Positions 1 to 15,437 are shown, counted from the first letter of the stretch. The stretch is DNA of 64,000 nt from Eledone cirrhosa (GCA_964016885.1 OZ024741.1:72974001-73038000); one strand, 5' to 3'. Notes: generated by a model from the letters alone, not told the origin. Numbers and translations: made by a program.

Positions 1-40
1 GGATACATGTTACCAGTAGCACCAACTGGTGACCTGACAT

Positions 41-200
41 AAACACACACACACACATACATACATACATACATACACACATACATACATACATACATAC
101 ATACATACATACATACGTACATACATACATACATACATACATACATACATACATACATACATACATACATACATACATACATACATACATACATACATAC
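41..200. repeat. (CA)n/(CATA)n microsatellite
   Basis: Direct tandem CATA units. Confidence 0.95.
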
Positions 201-1310
201 GACTTCATTATCTAATGCATATTTTCATTTTTAAGATGACATGATGTTAGAAAATATATTACTGCTATTTCTCGCATACAAACTCCCCCATTTTGGCTCG
301 TAAAAGTGCCAGTTTAAGGAAAGAGCACACGAGCAGTGGAAAGTTTGTAAATTCGATTCTTATTAGAATCGCATTAGACGACTGAAGTCACAATCTTTCT
401 CACTCAGGCGTACAATTCTGTCACTCTCTCTCTCTTCCCTTCACCCTGTCCCACTTCTCCCCCTCTATCTTCCCTTCCCCCTCTCCCACCTCTACCCTTC
501 CCACCTCCTCTCTCAACCTCTCTCTCCATCTCTCTCACTCTCTCTCTCTTCTTATCTCACTCACACCCACATATGTAAGACTAAACAAAACAAAAAAGCA
601 TTTTTCCATGAATATATTGATTGTTTTCTTTTTTAATTATTTCAGATTATTTGAGGAAGTTTAACAAATGTTTTTCTTTCTACAAGTCAAAGAAGTGTTC
701 ATTATTCTTTCTTAAACATATTTCTTAGTCAGCACAATTATCTTTTACTAATTTGATTGATGTATTTATTTTTCTTTCTAAATGGACAATTTATCACATG
801 TATCGATCTTTTTGTTGACTATAATCTTCAAATGCTTCATGCAGTTCTTTATTATAAGGAATTTATTTTCGAGTTAAAGTCTATCGGGAAATGTTAATTT
901 TCTTTTGTTCTTTAGTAAACTATAACTTCACCAGTAATTCCCACAGGTTTAAACTAGCGCCAACTGTTGCTGTTGCTGCTGTTTTAGTCTAAGCCGGTCC
1001 ATCTTTTAAAAAGATGGTGGAATTTTTTGAGCGTTAGACGAGATGCTTTTCCATTTTTCTACCGACTTTTTCGGCTCCGGGTTCAAATCCTTCCGTGACC
1101 TATATTGGTGGTAGACTTAATCTGCCGCTCAGTTTAACACCACCACCTACCGCCTTGTGTGCCTTTAGCGGGGCCCATTCTGTTGCAAACATTCAAACTA
1201 GATCTCCAGTTTGAGGATCTCTTCTTCATATCCACCACGGAGACGCTGCAAAGGGTTATAGGCATTGTTCTTCTATTCCAGGATAAACAGTAAATGAAAA
1301 TAATAATAAT

Positions 1311-1516
1311 GATTTCTGATTTAGGCACAAGGCCAACAATTTTGGGTGAGGGGGAAGTCGATTAACTCGACACCAGTACGTTACTGGTACTTTATTTTAT
1401 CGACTCCGTAAGGATGAAAGGCAAAGCTAACCTCGGCGGGGTTTGATCTCAGAACGTAAAGGGCCGTAACTCTATGCCTCAAAGCATGTTGTTCGACGCT
1501 CTAATGATTCTGCCAA
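1311..1516 (-). mobile_element. tRNA-derived SINE with Nin/Deu-like central domain
   Basis: Minus strand reads tggcagaatc..(A-box-like)..gagatcaaacc (degenerate B box)..gcctttcatcctt..gtcgataaaataaagtaccag; homologous copies at ~46300, ~53012, ~58290 and ~58940. Confidence 0.8.
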
Positions 1517-1998
1517 AATAATAATAATAATATTAAAATGACTGTCGGACAACCTGCAGAATTCTACCACATAGCTGACAATTGCGCTTGTTTTATAATA
1601 CACCAGCAACGTAGATATTGTTATTGCTGTTTAGACTATGGCCAGCCCTGATTGTGCAGGTGTATTTATTAACAAAGGGTATTTCAACTGTGACCATCTA
1701 GTAATTTTATTTGATGGCATCAGAGAATCTGTACATTATTCATCTATATTGTCAGCAAAGGATAAATTCCCTTGAAGAATGATTTCCTTTATCTTCGTCT
1801 ATCTTTTTCAACAGTGACTTAAACAGTATCTAATAAAAACAAAACACGCTAATAATTGAGGAAAAAAGGGAAGAAAAACAAGGGGAAATGAAAGAAGAAA
1901 AAAAATTTTAAAAAGGATGAAGCAACGATAGAAAGGGAGAGGAGGATGGACAAACACTATACCCCAGTCTGAGTGGTGCCTCAGCTGCACCCTTCTGA

Positions 1999-2349
1999 CA
2001 AAATGACAAAGGCGTTATCACGGAAAATGGCCAGAGACAACTGCTGCAAAAACCACCCCATCTCATGTGGCTCCCTCCTCAAGAGGACCGCTGTCTTTCC
2101 GACTTTATGGAGGAAATCAGCAGCGTGGAGACCAAGGACACCAGAGGTCTTGACGGAGACCAGTGCAAAGGTGAAGAGAGCAGCCAAACCTCGTTATTCG
2201 ACTATCTTCTCTCCTCCGCGTTGTGGGCAACAGAGCCCGGGTTTGTGGCTGAGGAGACAATGCTGGAGACGGAGAACAAGTCGCTGCACGTCGTATCCCA
2301 AATTAGGGAATTGTCTCCCGCCCCTCGAAAGGGAAGATGGCTAATTTGA
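1999..2349 (+). other. Possible isolated coding exon or pseudogene fragment, product unknown
   Basis: Non-repetitive island, more GC-rich than its flanks, with a stop-free frame (QNDKGVITENG..MWLPPQEDR..KGRWLI*); no family recognised. Confidence 0.25.
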
Positions 2350-2830
2350 CGAGGGAAATAGTAAAATAAAAATAAGTAAAACAAAATGAAAAGCGAATGA
2401 GTAAGTTGTCTGTTTAGAGCTTGGAGTGTTAAATTCATGAGATCGTGGTCATGATTTCTGTATCGGTTGTGTTCTTGAGCAAGATACTTTATTTTATGTT
2501 GCGCTCTTTGCTCTTTTTGGATAGCGATGGACAGACGAATAGAAACATTGTTTTCTTGATTCAATGTGAGGATCAGTTCTCTATTGTTTGATAATAACTG
2601 ACCTTAGCAATGCTTATAGAAGTTGAGTGATGGTAGAGGTAGCTCCATTGTGAAGGGGTGATTCTTAATGAAAATCTTTGACTAAATTGTGTTACTTGAA
2701 TTCGAGCCTGTGAGCGGAAATTCGCGAATCACACGGCTAACAGGTTTTCTAAAGATCTTCATATCTGCTGAAGCCTATTAAATATGGCTATTTATTTATT
2801 TATTTTCTTATTTTTTAGTTGAGGACTGTT

Positions 2831-5800
2831 AGTGGTGGTGGTTGTGTTGGTAGTGATAATGGTGGTGGTGGTTGTGTTTGTAGTGATAATGGTGGTGGTT
2901 GTTGTGTTGGTAGTGATAATGGTGGTGGTGGTTGTTGGTAGTGACAATGGTGGTGGTGGTTGTGTTGGTAGTGATAATGGTGGTGGTGGTTGTGTTGGTA
3001 GTGATAATGGTGGTGGTGGTTGTGTTGGTAGTGATAATGGTGGTGGTGGTTGTGTTGGTAGTGATAATGGTGGTGGTTGTTGTATTGGTAGTGATAATGG
3101 TGGTGGTGGTTGTTGGTAGTGATAATGGTGGTGGTGGTTGTGTTGGTAGTGATAATGGTGGTGGTGGTTGTGTTGGTAGTGATAATGGTGGTGGTGGTTG
3201 TGTTGGTAGTGATAATGCTGGTGGTGGTTGTGTTGGTAGTGATAATGGTGGTGGTGGTTGTGTTGGTAGTGATAATGGTGGTGGTGGGTGTGTTGGTAGT
3301 GATAATGGTGGTGGTGGTTGTGTTGGTAGTAATAATGGTGGTGATGGTTGTGATGGTAGTGTTAATGGTGGTGGTTGTGTTGGTAATGATAATGTTGGTG
3401 GTGGTTGTGTTGGTAGTGATAATGGTGGTGGTGGTTGTGTTGGTAGCGATAATGGTGGTGGTGGTTGTGTTGGTAGTGATGATGGTGGTGGTGGTTGTGT
3501 TGGTAGTGATAATGGTGGTGGTGGTTGTGTTGGTAGTGATAATGGTGGTGGTGGTTGTGTTGGTAGTGATAATGGTGGTGGTGGTTGTGATGGTAGTGAT
3601 AATGGTGGTGGTTGTTGTGTTGGTAGTGATAATGGTGGTGGTGGTTGTGATGGTAGTGATAATGGTGGTGGTTGTGTTGGTAATGATAATGGTGGTGGTG
3701 GTTGTGTTGGTAGTGATAATGGTGGTGGTGGTGTTGGTAGTGATAATGGTGGTGGTGGATGTGTTGGTAGTGATAATGGTGGTGGTGGATGTGTTGGTAG
3801 TGATAATGGTGGTGGTGGATGTGTTGGTAATGATAATGGTGGTGGTGGTTGTGTTGGTAGTAATAATGGTGGTGGTGGTTGTGATGGTAGCGATAATGGT
3901 GGTGGTGGTTGTGATGGTAGTGATAATGGTGGTGGTGGTTGTGTTGGTAGTGATAATGCTGGTGGTGGTTGTGTTGGTAGTGATAATGGTGGTGGTGGTT
4001 GTGTTGGTAGTGATAATGGTGGTGGTGGGTGTGTTGGTAGTGATAATGGTGGTGGTGGTTGTGTTGGTAGTAATAATGGTGGTGGTGGTTGTGATGGTAG
4101 TGTTAATGGTGGTGGTTGTGTTGGTAATGATAATGTTGGTGGTGGTTGTGTTGGTAGTGATAATGGTGGTGGTGGTTGTGTTGGTAGCGATAATGGTGGT
4201 GGTGGTTGTGTTGGTAGTGATGATGGTGGTGGTGGTTGTGTTGGTAGTGATAATGGTGGTGGTGGTTGTGTTGGTAGTGATAATGGTGGTGGTGGTGGTT
4301 GTTGGTAGTGATAATGGTGGTGGATGTGTTGGTAGTGATAATGGTGGTGGTGGTTGTGTTGGTAGTGATAATGGTGGTGGTGGTTGTCTTGGTAGTGATA
4401 TGGTGGTGGTGGTTGTGTTGGTAGTGATAATGTGGTGGTGGTTGTGTTGGTAGTGATAATGGTGGTGGTGGTGGTTGTTGGTAGTGATAATGGTGGTGGA
4501 TGTGTTGGTAGTGATAATGGTGGTGGTGGGTGTGTTGGTAGTGATAATGGTGGTGGTGGTTGTGTTGGTAGTGATAATGGTGGTGGTGGTTGTGTTGGTA
4601 GTGATAATGGTGGTGGTGGTTGTTGGTAGTGATAATGGTGGTGGTAGATGTGTTGGTAATGATAATGTGGTTGTGGTTGTGTTGGTAGTGATAATGGTGG
4701 TGGTGGTTGTGTTGGTAGTGATAATGGTGGTGGTGGTTGTGTTGGTAGTGATAATGGTGGAGGTGGTTGTGTTGGTAGTGATAATGGTGGTGGTGGTTGT
4801 GTTGGTAGTGATAATGGTGGTGGTGGTTGTTGGTAGTGATAATGGTGGTGGTAGATGTGTTGGTAATGATAATGTGGTGGTGGTTGTGTTGGTAGTGATA
4901 ATGGTGGTGGTGGTTGTGTTGTTAGTGATAATGGTGGTGGTGGTTGTGTTGGTAGTGATAATGGTGGTTGTTGGTAGTGATAATGGTGGTGGTGGTTGTG
5001 TTGGTAGTGATAATGGTGGTGGTGGTTGTGTTGGTAGTGATAATGGTGGTGGTGGTTGTGTTGGTAGTGATAATGGTGGTGGTGGTTATGTTGGTAGTGA
5101 TAATGGTGGTGGTGGATGTGTTGGTAGTGATAATGGTGGTGGTGGTTGTGTTGGTAGTGATAATGGTGGTGGTGGTTGTGTTGGTAGTGATAATGGTGGT
5201 GGTGGTTGTGTTGGTAGTGATAATGGTGGTGGTGGTTGTGTTGGTAGTGATAATGGTGGTGGTGGTTGTGTTGGTAGTGATAATGTGGTGGTGGTTGTGT
5301 TGGTAGTAATAATGGTGGTGGTGGTTGTGATGGTAGTGATAATGGTGGTGGTGGTTGTGTTGGTAGTAATAATGGTGGTGGTGGTTGTGTTGGTAGTGAT
5401 AATGGTGGTGGTGGTTGTGTTGGTAGTGATAATGTGGTGGTGGTTGTGTTCGTAGTGATAATGTGGCGGTGGTTGTGTTGGTAGTGATAATGTTGGTGGT
5501 GGTTGTGTTGGTAGTAATAATGGTGGTGGTGGTTGTGATGGTAGTGATAATGGTGGTGGTGGTTGTATTGGTAGTAATAACGGTGGTGGTGGTTGTGTTG
5601 GTAGTGATAATGGTGGTGGTGGTTGTGTTGGTAGTGATAATGTGGTGGTGGTTGTGTTCGTAGTGATAATGTGGCGGTGGTTGTGTTGGTAGTAATAATG
5701 GTGGTGGTGGTTGTGTTGGTAGTGATAATGTGGTGGTGGTTGTGTTGGTAGTGATAATGGTGGTGGTGGTTGTGTTGGTAGTAATAATGGTGGTGGTGGC

Positions 5801-8800
5801 TGTGATGGTAGTGATATTGGTGGTGGTTGTGTTGGTAGTGATAATGGTGGTGGTGGTTGTGTTGGTAGTAATAATGGTGGTGGTGGTTGTGTTGGTAGTG
5901 ATAATGTGGTGGTGGTTGTGTTGGTAGTGATAATGGTGGTGGTGGTTGTGTTGGTAGTAATAATGGTGGTGGTGGCTGTGATGGTAGTGATATTGGTGGT
6001 GGTTGTGTTGGTAGTGATAATGGTGGTGGTGGTTGTGTTGGTAGTAATAATGGTGGTGGTGGTTGTGATGGTAGTGATAATGGTGGTGGTGGTTGTGTTG
6101 GTAGTAATAATGGTGGTGGTGGTTGTGTTGGTAGTGATAATGGTGGTGGTGGTTGTGTTGGTAGCGATAATGGTGGTGGTGGTTGTGTTGGTAGTGATGA
6201 TGGTGGTGGTGGTTGTGTTGGTAGTGATAATGGTGGTGGTGGTTGTGTTGGTAGTGATAATGGTGGTGGTGGTGGTTGTTGGTAGTGATAATGGTGGTGG
6301 ATGTGTTGGTAGTGATAATGGTGGTGGTGGTTGTGTTGGTAGTGATAATGGTGGTGGTGGTTGTCTTGGTAGTGATATGGTGGTGGTGGTTGTGTTGGTA
6401 GTGATAATGTGGTGGTGGTTGTGTTGGTAGTGATAATGGTGGTGGTGGTGGTTGTTGGTAGTGATAATGGTGGTGGATGTGTTGGTAGTGATAATGGTGG
6501 TGGTGGTTGTGTTGGTAGTGATAATGGTGGTGGTGGTTGTGTTGGTAGTGATAATGGTGGTGGTGGTTGTGTTGGTAGTGATAATGGTGGTGGTGGTTGT
6601 TGGTAGTGATAATGGTGGTGGTAGATGTGTTGGTAATGATAATGTGGTTGTGGTTGTGTTGGTAGTGATAATGGTGGTGGTGGTTGTGTTGGTAGTGATA
6701 ATGGTGGTGGTGGTTGTGTTGGTAGTGATAATGGTGGAGGTGGTTGTGTTGGTAGTGATAATGGTGGTGGTGGTTGTGTTGGTAGTGATAATGGTGGTGG
6801 TGGTTGTTGGTAGTGATAATGGTGGTGGTAGATGTGTTGGTAATGATAATGTGGTGGTGGTTGTGTTGGTAGTGATAATGGTGGTGGTGGTTGTGTTGTT
6901 AGTGATAATGGTGGTGGTGGTTGTGTTGGTAGTGATAATGGTGGTTGTTGGTAGTGATAATGGTGGTGGTGGTTGTGTTGGTAGTGATAATGGTGGTGGT
7001 GGTTGTGTTGGTAGTGATAATGGTGGTGGTGGTTGTGTTGGTAGTGATAATGGTGGTGGTGGTTATGTTGGTAGTGATAATGGTGGTGGTGGATGTGTTG
7101 GTAGTGATAATGGTGGTGGTGGTTGTGTTGGTAGTGATAATGGTGGTGGTGGTTGTGTTGGTAGTGATAATGGTGGTGGTGGTTGTGTTGGTAGTGATAA
7201 TGGTGGTGGTGGTTGTGTTGGTAGTGATAATGGTGGTGGTGGTTGTGTTGGTAGTGATAATGTGGTGGTGGTTGTGTTGGTAGTAATAATGGTGGTGGTG
7301 GTTGTGATGGTAGTGATAATGGTGGTGGTGGTTGTGTTGGTAGTAATAATGGTGGTGGTGGTTGTGTTGGTAGTGATAATGGTGGTGGTGGTTGTGTTGG
7401 TAGTGATAATGTGGTGGTGGTTGTGTTCGTAGTGATAATGTGGCGGTGGTTGTGTTGGTAGTGATAATGTTGGTGGTGGTTGTGTTGGTAGTAATAATGG
7501 TGGTGGTGGTTGTGATGGTAGTGATAATGGTGGTGGTGGTTGTATTGGTAGTAATAACGGTGGTGGTGGTTGTGTTGGTAGTGATAATGGTGGTGGTGGT
7601 TGTGTTGGTAGTGATAATGTGGTGGTGGTTGTGTTCGTAGTGATAATGTGGCGGTGGTTGTGTTGGTAGTAATAATGGTGGTGGTGGTTGTGTTGGTAGT
7701 GATAATGTGGTGGTGGTTGTGTTGGTAGTGATAATGGTGGTGGTGGTTGTGTTGGTAGTAATAATGGTGGTGGTGGCTGTGATGGTAGTGATATTGGTGG
7801 TGGTTGTGTTGGTAGTGATAATGGTGGTGGTGGTTGTGTTGGTAGTAATAATGGTGGTGGTGGTTGTGTTGGTAGTGATAATGTGGTGGTGGTTGTGTTG
7901 GTAGTGATAATGGTGGTGGTGGTTGTGTTGGTAGTAATAATGGTGGTGGTGGCTGTGATGGTAGTGATATTGGTGGTGGTTGTGTTGGTAGTGATAATGG
8001 TGGTGGTGGTTGTGTTGGTAGTAATAATGGTGGTGGTGGTTGTGATGGTAGTGATAATGGTGGTGGTGGTTGTGTTGGTAGTAATAATGGTGGTGGTGGT
8101 TGTGTTGGTAGTGATAATGGTGGTGGTGGTTGTGTTGGTAGTAATAATGGTGGTGGTGGTTGTGTTGGTAGTGATAATGTGGTGGTGGTTGTGTTGGTAG
8201 TGATAATGGTGGTGGTGGTTGTGTTGGTAGTAATAATGGTGGTGGTGGTTGTGATGGTAGTGATAATGGTGGTGGTGGTTGTGATGGTAGTGATAATGCT
8301 GGTGGTGGTTGTGTTGGTAGTGATAATGGTGGTGGTGGTTGTGTTGGTAGTGATAATGGTGGTGGTTGTGTTGGTAGTGATAATGGTGGTGGTGGTTGTC
8401 TTGGTAATGATAATGGTGGTGGTGGTTGTGTTGGTAGTGATAATGGTGGTGGTGGTTGTTTGTAGTGATAATGGTGGTGGTGGTTGTGTTGGTAGTGATA
8501 ATGGTGGTGGTGGTTGTGTTGGTAGTGATAATGGTGGTGGTGGTTGTGTTGGTAGTGATAATGGTGGTGGTGGTTGTGTTGGTAGTGATAATGGTGGTGA
8601 TGGATGTGTTGGTAGTGATAATGGTGGTGGTGGTTGTTGGTATTGATAATGGTGGTGGTGGTTGTGTTGGTAGTGATAATGGTGGTGGTGGTTGTGTTGG
8701 TAATGATAATGGTGGTGGTGGTTGTGTTGGTAGTGATAATGGTGGTGGTGGTTATGTTGGTAGTGATAATGGTGGTGGTGGTTGTGTTGGTAGTGATAAT

Positions 8801-9720
8801 GGTGGTGGTGGTTGTGTTGGTAGCGATAATGGTGGTGGTGGTTGTGTTGGTAGTGATAATGGTGGTGGTGGATGTGTTGGTAGTGATAATGGTGGTGGTG
8901 GTTATGTTGGTAGTGATAATGGTGGTGGTGGATGTGTTGGTAGTGATAATGGTGGTGGTGGTTGTGTTGGTAGTGATAATGGTGGTGGTGGTTGTGTTGG
9001 TTGTGATAATGGTGGTGGTGGTTGTGTTGGTAGTGATAATGGTGGTGGTGGTTGTTGGTAGTGATAATGGTTGTGGTGGTTGTGTTGGTAGTGATAATGG
9101 TGGTGATGGATGTGTTGGTAGTGATAATGGTGGTGGTGGTTGTTGGTAGTGATAATGGTGGTGGTGGTTGTGTTGGTAGTGATAATGTGGTGGTGGTTGT
9201 GTTGGTAGTGATATGGTGGTGGTGGTTGTGTTGGTAATGATATGGTGGTGGTGGTTGTGTTGGTAGTGATAATGGTGGTGGTGGTTGTGTTGGTAGCGAT
9301 AATGGTGGTGGTGGTTGTGTTGGTAATGATAATGGTGGTGATGGTTGTGTTGGTAGCGATAATGGTGGTGGTGGTTGTGTTGGTAGTGATAATGGTGGTG
9401 GTGGATGTGTTGGTAGTGATAATGGTGGTGGTGGATGTGTTGGTAGTGATAATGGTGGTGGTGGTTGTGTTGGTAGTGATAATGGTGGTGGTGGTTGTGT
9501 TGGTAGTGATAATGGTGGTGGTGGATGTGTTGGTAGTGATAATGGTGGTGGTGGATGTGTTGGTAGTGATAATGGTGGTGGTGGATGTGTTGGTAGTGAT
9601 AATGGTGGTGGTGGTTGTGTTGGTAGTGATAATGGTGGTGGTGGTTGTGTTGGTAATGATAATGTGGTGGTGGTTGTGTTGGTAGTGATATGGTGGTGGT
9701 GGTTGTGTTGGTTGTGATAA
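2831..9720. repeat. 30-bp G-rich minisatellite (GGTGGTGGTGGTTGTGTTGGTAGTGATAAT)n
   Basis: About 6.9 kb of tandem 30-bp units with point and indel variants. Confidence 0.97.
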
Positions 9721-11630
9721 TGGTGGTGGTGCTGATGATTTTGATTGTGGTAATTACGGTGATATTGTTGGTGGTGTTTTTGGTGTTGGTGGTGGTAGTG
9801 ATGATGATAGTAGTGGTGGTGATGTTATCTGCACTGGTAATGATGGTGGTGATGTTGGTTGTGACGGTGTTGGTGATGATGGTGGTATTGGTGATGATGG
9901 TGGTGTTAGTGATGATGGTAGTGTTGGTGATTGATGGTTGTGTTAGTGATGATGGTGGTGCTGGTGATGGTGGTGGTGGTGGTGGTGTTGATGGTGGTGT
10001 TGGTGATGATGGTGGTGGTGGTGGTGTCGATGGTGGTGGTGGTGATGATGGTGGTGGTGTTGGTGATGGTGGTGGTGGTGGTGATGGTGGTGGTGGTGAT
10101 GATGGTGGTGCTGGTGGTGGTGGTGATAATGGTGTTGGTGGTGATGGTGGTGGTGTTGGTGATGATGGTGGTGGTGTTGGTGATGATGGTTGTGGTGGTG
10201 ATGATGGTGTTGGTGGTGGTGGTGGTGGTGGTGGTGATGATGGTGGTGGTGGTGATGATGGTGTGGTGGTGGTGGTGGTGGTGATAATGGTGGTAATGGG
10301 AGGAAAGGTTCTAATAATTATATCTGTCCCGTATGTGTTCCGAAACCCGACAACATTGGAGAGATTTGGAGGGGAGTGGATGTGGGTGTATGTGTGTATG
10401 TGTGTGTGTGTGTGTGTGTATGTGTGTGTGTCTGTATGTGAGTGCGTGCGTGCGTGTGTGTGTGTGAAAACAGGATATGTTTATATGAATGTAATGTGTC
10501 AAATACGACCACGACCATCATCACTAGTTGCTACGTCACCACCATCATCATCATCATCATCATCATCACTAACATCACCATCATAACCACCAACACTATC
10601 ACCATAATCGTGATCACCATTAGCACTGCCATTACAAATATTGTCATCCCCATAACTATCAACATCATCACCACGGCGACGACGAACACCACCACACCAC
10701 CACCGCTATCATCACTAAAACCACCATCATCACCAATACCACCATCACCACCACCACCACCGCTATCATCACTAAAACCACCACCATCATCACCAATACC
10801 ACCATCACCACCACCACCACCGCTATCATCACTAAAACCACCATCATCACCAATACCACCATCACCACCACCACCACCGCTATCATCACTAAAACCACCA
10901 TCATCACCAATGCCACCACCACACCACCACCGCTATCATCACTAAAACCACCATCATCACCAATACCACCACCACACCACCACCGCTATCATCACTAAAA
11001 CCACCATCATCACCAATACCACCACAAGCACCACCACCACTATCATCACCAACACCACCATCATCACCAATACCACCATCACCACCACCACCACCACTAT
11101 CATCACTAAAACCACCATCATCATCACCAATACCACCATCACCACCACCACCACCACCACCACTATCATCACTAATACCACCATCACCAATACCACCATC
11201 CCCACCACCACCACCACTATCATCACTAACACCAACATCATCACCAATACCACCATCACCACCACCACCACCACTATCATCACCAACACCACCATCACCA
11301 CCACCACCACTACCACTATCATCACCAATACCACAAGCACCACCACCACTATCATCACCAACACCACCATCATCACCAACACCACCATCACCACCACCAC
11401 CACCACTATCATCACCAACACCACCATCATCACCAATACCACCATCACCACCACCACCACTATCATCACCAACACCACCATCATCACCAATACCACCATC
11501 ACCACCACCACCACCACTATCATCACCAATACCACCATCACCACCACCACCACTACTATCATCACCAATACCATTATCACCACCACCACTGCCACCACCA
11601 CCACCACCACCACCACCGCCACCACAACTA
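9721..11630. repeat. Degenerate (GGT/GAT)n tract followed by an opposite-polarity (ACC/ATC)n tract
   Basis: G-rich triplets 9721-10297, short unique/(TG)n spacer, C-rich triplets ~10505-11630. Confidence 0.9.
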
Positions 11631-11731
11631 CCAATAAACAAAAACACAACCGCTATTAAAGGCAACATTAACGATGACAACACTAACAGTAATAGTAACA
11701 ACGTCGCCAACAACGTCTCCAACAACAACAA

Positions 11732-11834
<103 letters not shown>

Positions 11835-12079
11835 AAAATATCTCCTGCTGAATCTAAGTATTTTTCCCACGTATCTCAAGTTAACCACATCAATCTCCAT
11901 TCCACATATATGATACTGCAATAATGACCACGCCGACAATACCCCCCCCCCCCCACCCCCACCCCATCATCATCATCATCATCATCATCACACAATGCCC
12001 ATGACATCAATACCCCCCCACACACACAAAACAATATGTATTTTGGAGAATTGATGACTTAGGGATAATCAACCTAAAA

Positions 12080-12212
12080 CAAAAGTAACAACGTCTCCAA
12101 CAACAACAACAACAACAACAATAACAACACTAACAGTAATGGTAACAACGTCTCCAACAACAACAACAACAACAACAATAACAATACTAACAGTAATAGT
12201 AACAACGTCTCC

Positions 12213-12248
<36 letters not shown>

Positions 12249-12530
12249 AATAATAACAATACTAACAGTAATAGTAACAACGTCTCCAACAACAACAACA
12301 ACAACAACAACAATAATAACAACAACACTAACAGTAATAGTAACAACGTCTCCAACAACAACAACAACAACAACAACAATAACAATACTAACAGTAATAG
12401 TAACAACGTCTCCAACAACAACAACAACAACAACAATAACAATACTAACAGTAATAGTAGCAACGTCTCCAACAACAACAACAACAACAACAACAATAAC
12501 AACACTAACAGTAATAGTAACAACGTCTCC

Positions 12531-12566
<36 letters not shown>

Positions 12567-12602
12567 AATAACAACACTAACAGTAATAGTAACAACGTCT
12601 CC

Positions 12603-12635
<33 letters not shown>

Positions 12636-12929
12636 AACAATACTAACAGTAATAGTAACAACGTCTCCAACAACAACAACAACAACAACAACAACAGCAA
12701 CAACAACAATAACAATACTAACAGTAATAGTAACAACGTCTCCAACAACAACAACAACAACAACAACAATAACAACACTAACAGTAATAGTAACAACGTC
12801 TCCAACAACAACAACAACAACAACAACAATAACAATACTAACAGTAATAGTAACAACGTCTCCAACAACAACAACAACAACAACAATAATAATAATAACA
12901 ACACTAACAGTAATAGTAACAACGTCTCC

Positions 12930-12962
<33 letters not shown>

Positions 12963-13255
12963 AACAATACTAACAGTAATAGTAACAACGTCTCCAACAA
13001 CAACAACAACAACAACAACAACAGCAACAACAACAATAACAATACTAACAGTAATAGTAACAACGTCTCCAACAACAACAACAACAACAACAACAATAAC
13101 AACACTAACAGTAATAGTAACAACGTCTCCAACAACAACAACAACAACAACAACAATAACAATACTAACAGTAATAGTAACAACGTCTCCAACAACAACA
13201 ACAACAACAACAATAATAATAATAACAACACTAACAGTAATAGTAACAACGTCTC

Positions 13256-13286
<31 letters not shown>

Positions 13287-13415
13287 AACAACACTAACAG
13301 TAATAGTAACAACGTCTCCAACAACAACAACAATAACAATACTAACAGTAATAGTAACAACGTCTCCAACAACAACAACAATAACAATACTAACAGTAAT
13401 AGTAACAACGTCTCC

Positions 13416-13451
<36 letters not shown>

Positions 13452-13604
13452 AACAATACTAACAGTAATAGTAACAACGTCTCCAACAACAACAACAACA
13501 ACAACAACAATACTAACAGTAATAGTAACAACGTATCCAACAACAACAACAACAACAACAACAATAATAATAACAATACTAACAGTAATAGTAACAACGT
13601 CTCC

Positions 13605-13640
<36 letters not shown>

Positions 13641-13727
13641 AACAATACTAACAGTAATAGTAACAACGTCTCCAACAACAACAACAACAACAACAACAAT
13701 ACTAACAGTAATAGTAACAACGTCTCC

Positions 13728-13760
<33 letters not shown>

Positions 13761-13853
13761 AATAATAACAATACTAACAGTAATAGTAACAACGTCTCCA
13801 ACAACAACAATAACAACAACAACAATACTAACAGTAATAGTAACAACGTCTCC

Positions 13854-13904
<51 letters not shown>

Positions 13905-13937
13905 AACAATACTAACAGTAATAGTAACAACGTCTCC

Positions 13938-13970
<33 letters not shown>

Positions 13971-14329
13971 AACAATACTAACAGTAATAGTAACAACGTC
14001 TCCAACAACAACAACAACAACAACAACAATACTAACAGTAATAGTAACAACGTCTCCAACAACAACAACAACAATAATAATAATAACAACACTAACAGTA
14101 ATAGTAACAACGTCTCCAACAACAACAATAACAACAACAACAACAGCAACAACAACAACAACAATAACAATACTAACAGTAATAGTGACAACGTCTCCAA
14201 CAACAACAACAACAACAACAACAATAATAATAACAATACTAACAGTAATAGTAACAACGTCTCTAACAACAACAATAACAACAACAACAACAACAATAAC
14301 AATACTAACAGTAATAGTAACAACGTCTC

Positions 14330-14360
<31 letters not shown>

Positions 14361-14650
14361 AACAACACTAACAGTAATAGTAACAACGTCTCTAACAACA
14401 ACAATAACAACAACAACAACAACAATAACAACACCAACTGTAATAGTAACAACGTTTCCAACAACAACAACAACAACAACAACAATAACAATACTAACAG
14501 TAATAGTAACAACGTCTCCAACAACAACAACAACAACAACAACAATAATAATAACAATACTAACAGTAATAGTAACAACGTCTCCAACAACAACAACAAC
14601 AACAACAACAATAATAATAACAACACTAACAGTAATAGTAACAACGTCTC

Positions 14651-14681
<31 letters not shown>

Positions 14682-14713
14682 AACAACACTAACAGTAATA
14701 GTAACAACGTCTC

Positions 14714-14744
<31 letters not shown>

Positions 14745-14776
14745 AACAATACTAACAGTAATAGTAACAACGTCTC

Positions 14777-14807
<31 letters not shown>

Positions 14808-14834
14808 ACTAACAGTAATAGTAACAACGTCTCC

Positions 14835-14885
<51 letters not shown>

Positions 14886-15044
14886 AACAATACTAACAGT
14901 AATAGTAACAACGTCTCCAACAACAACAACAACAACAACAACAATACTAACAGTAATAGTAACAACGTCTCCAACAACAACAACAACAACAACAACAACA
15001 ACCACAACAATAACAACACTAACAGTAATAGTAACAACGTCTCC

Positions 15045-15083
<39 letters not shown>

Positions 15084-15169
15084 AACAATACTAACAGTAA
15101 TAGTAACAACGTCTCCAACAACAACAACAACAACAACAACAATACTAACAGTAATAGTAACAACGTCTC

Positions 15170-15200
<31 letters not shown>

Positions 15201-15239
15201 AATAATAACAATACTAACAGTAATAGTAACAACGTCTCC

Positions 15240-15278
<39 letters not shown>

Positions 15279-15365
15279 AACAATACTAACAGTAATAGTA
15301 ACAACGTCTCCAACAACAACAACAACAACAACAACAATACTAACAGTAATAGTAACAACGTCTCC

Positions 15366-15398
<33 letters not shown>

Positions 15399-15437
15399 AA
15401 TAATAACAATACTAACAGTAATAGTAACAACGTCTCC

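Noticed and set aside
620-900. Possible ancient PLE GIY-YIG remnant on the minus strand
   Set aside because: Only faint motif resemblance across multiple stops and frameshifts.
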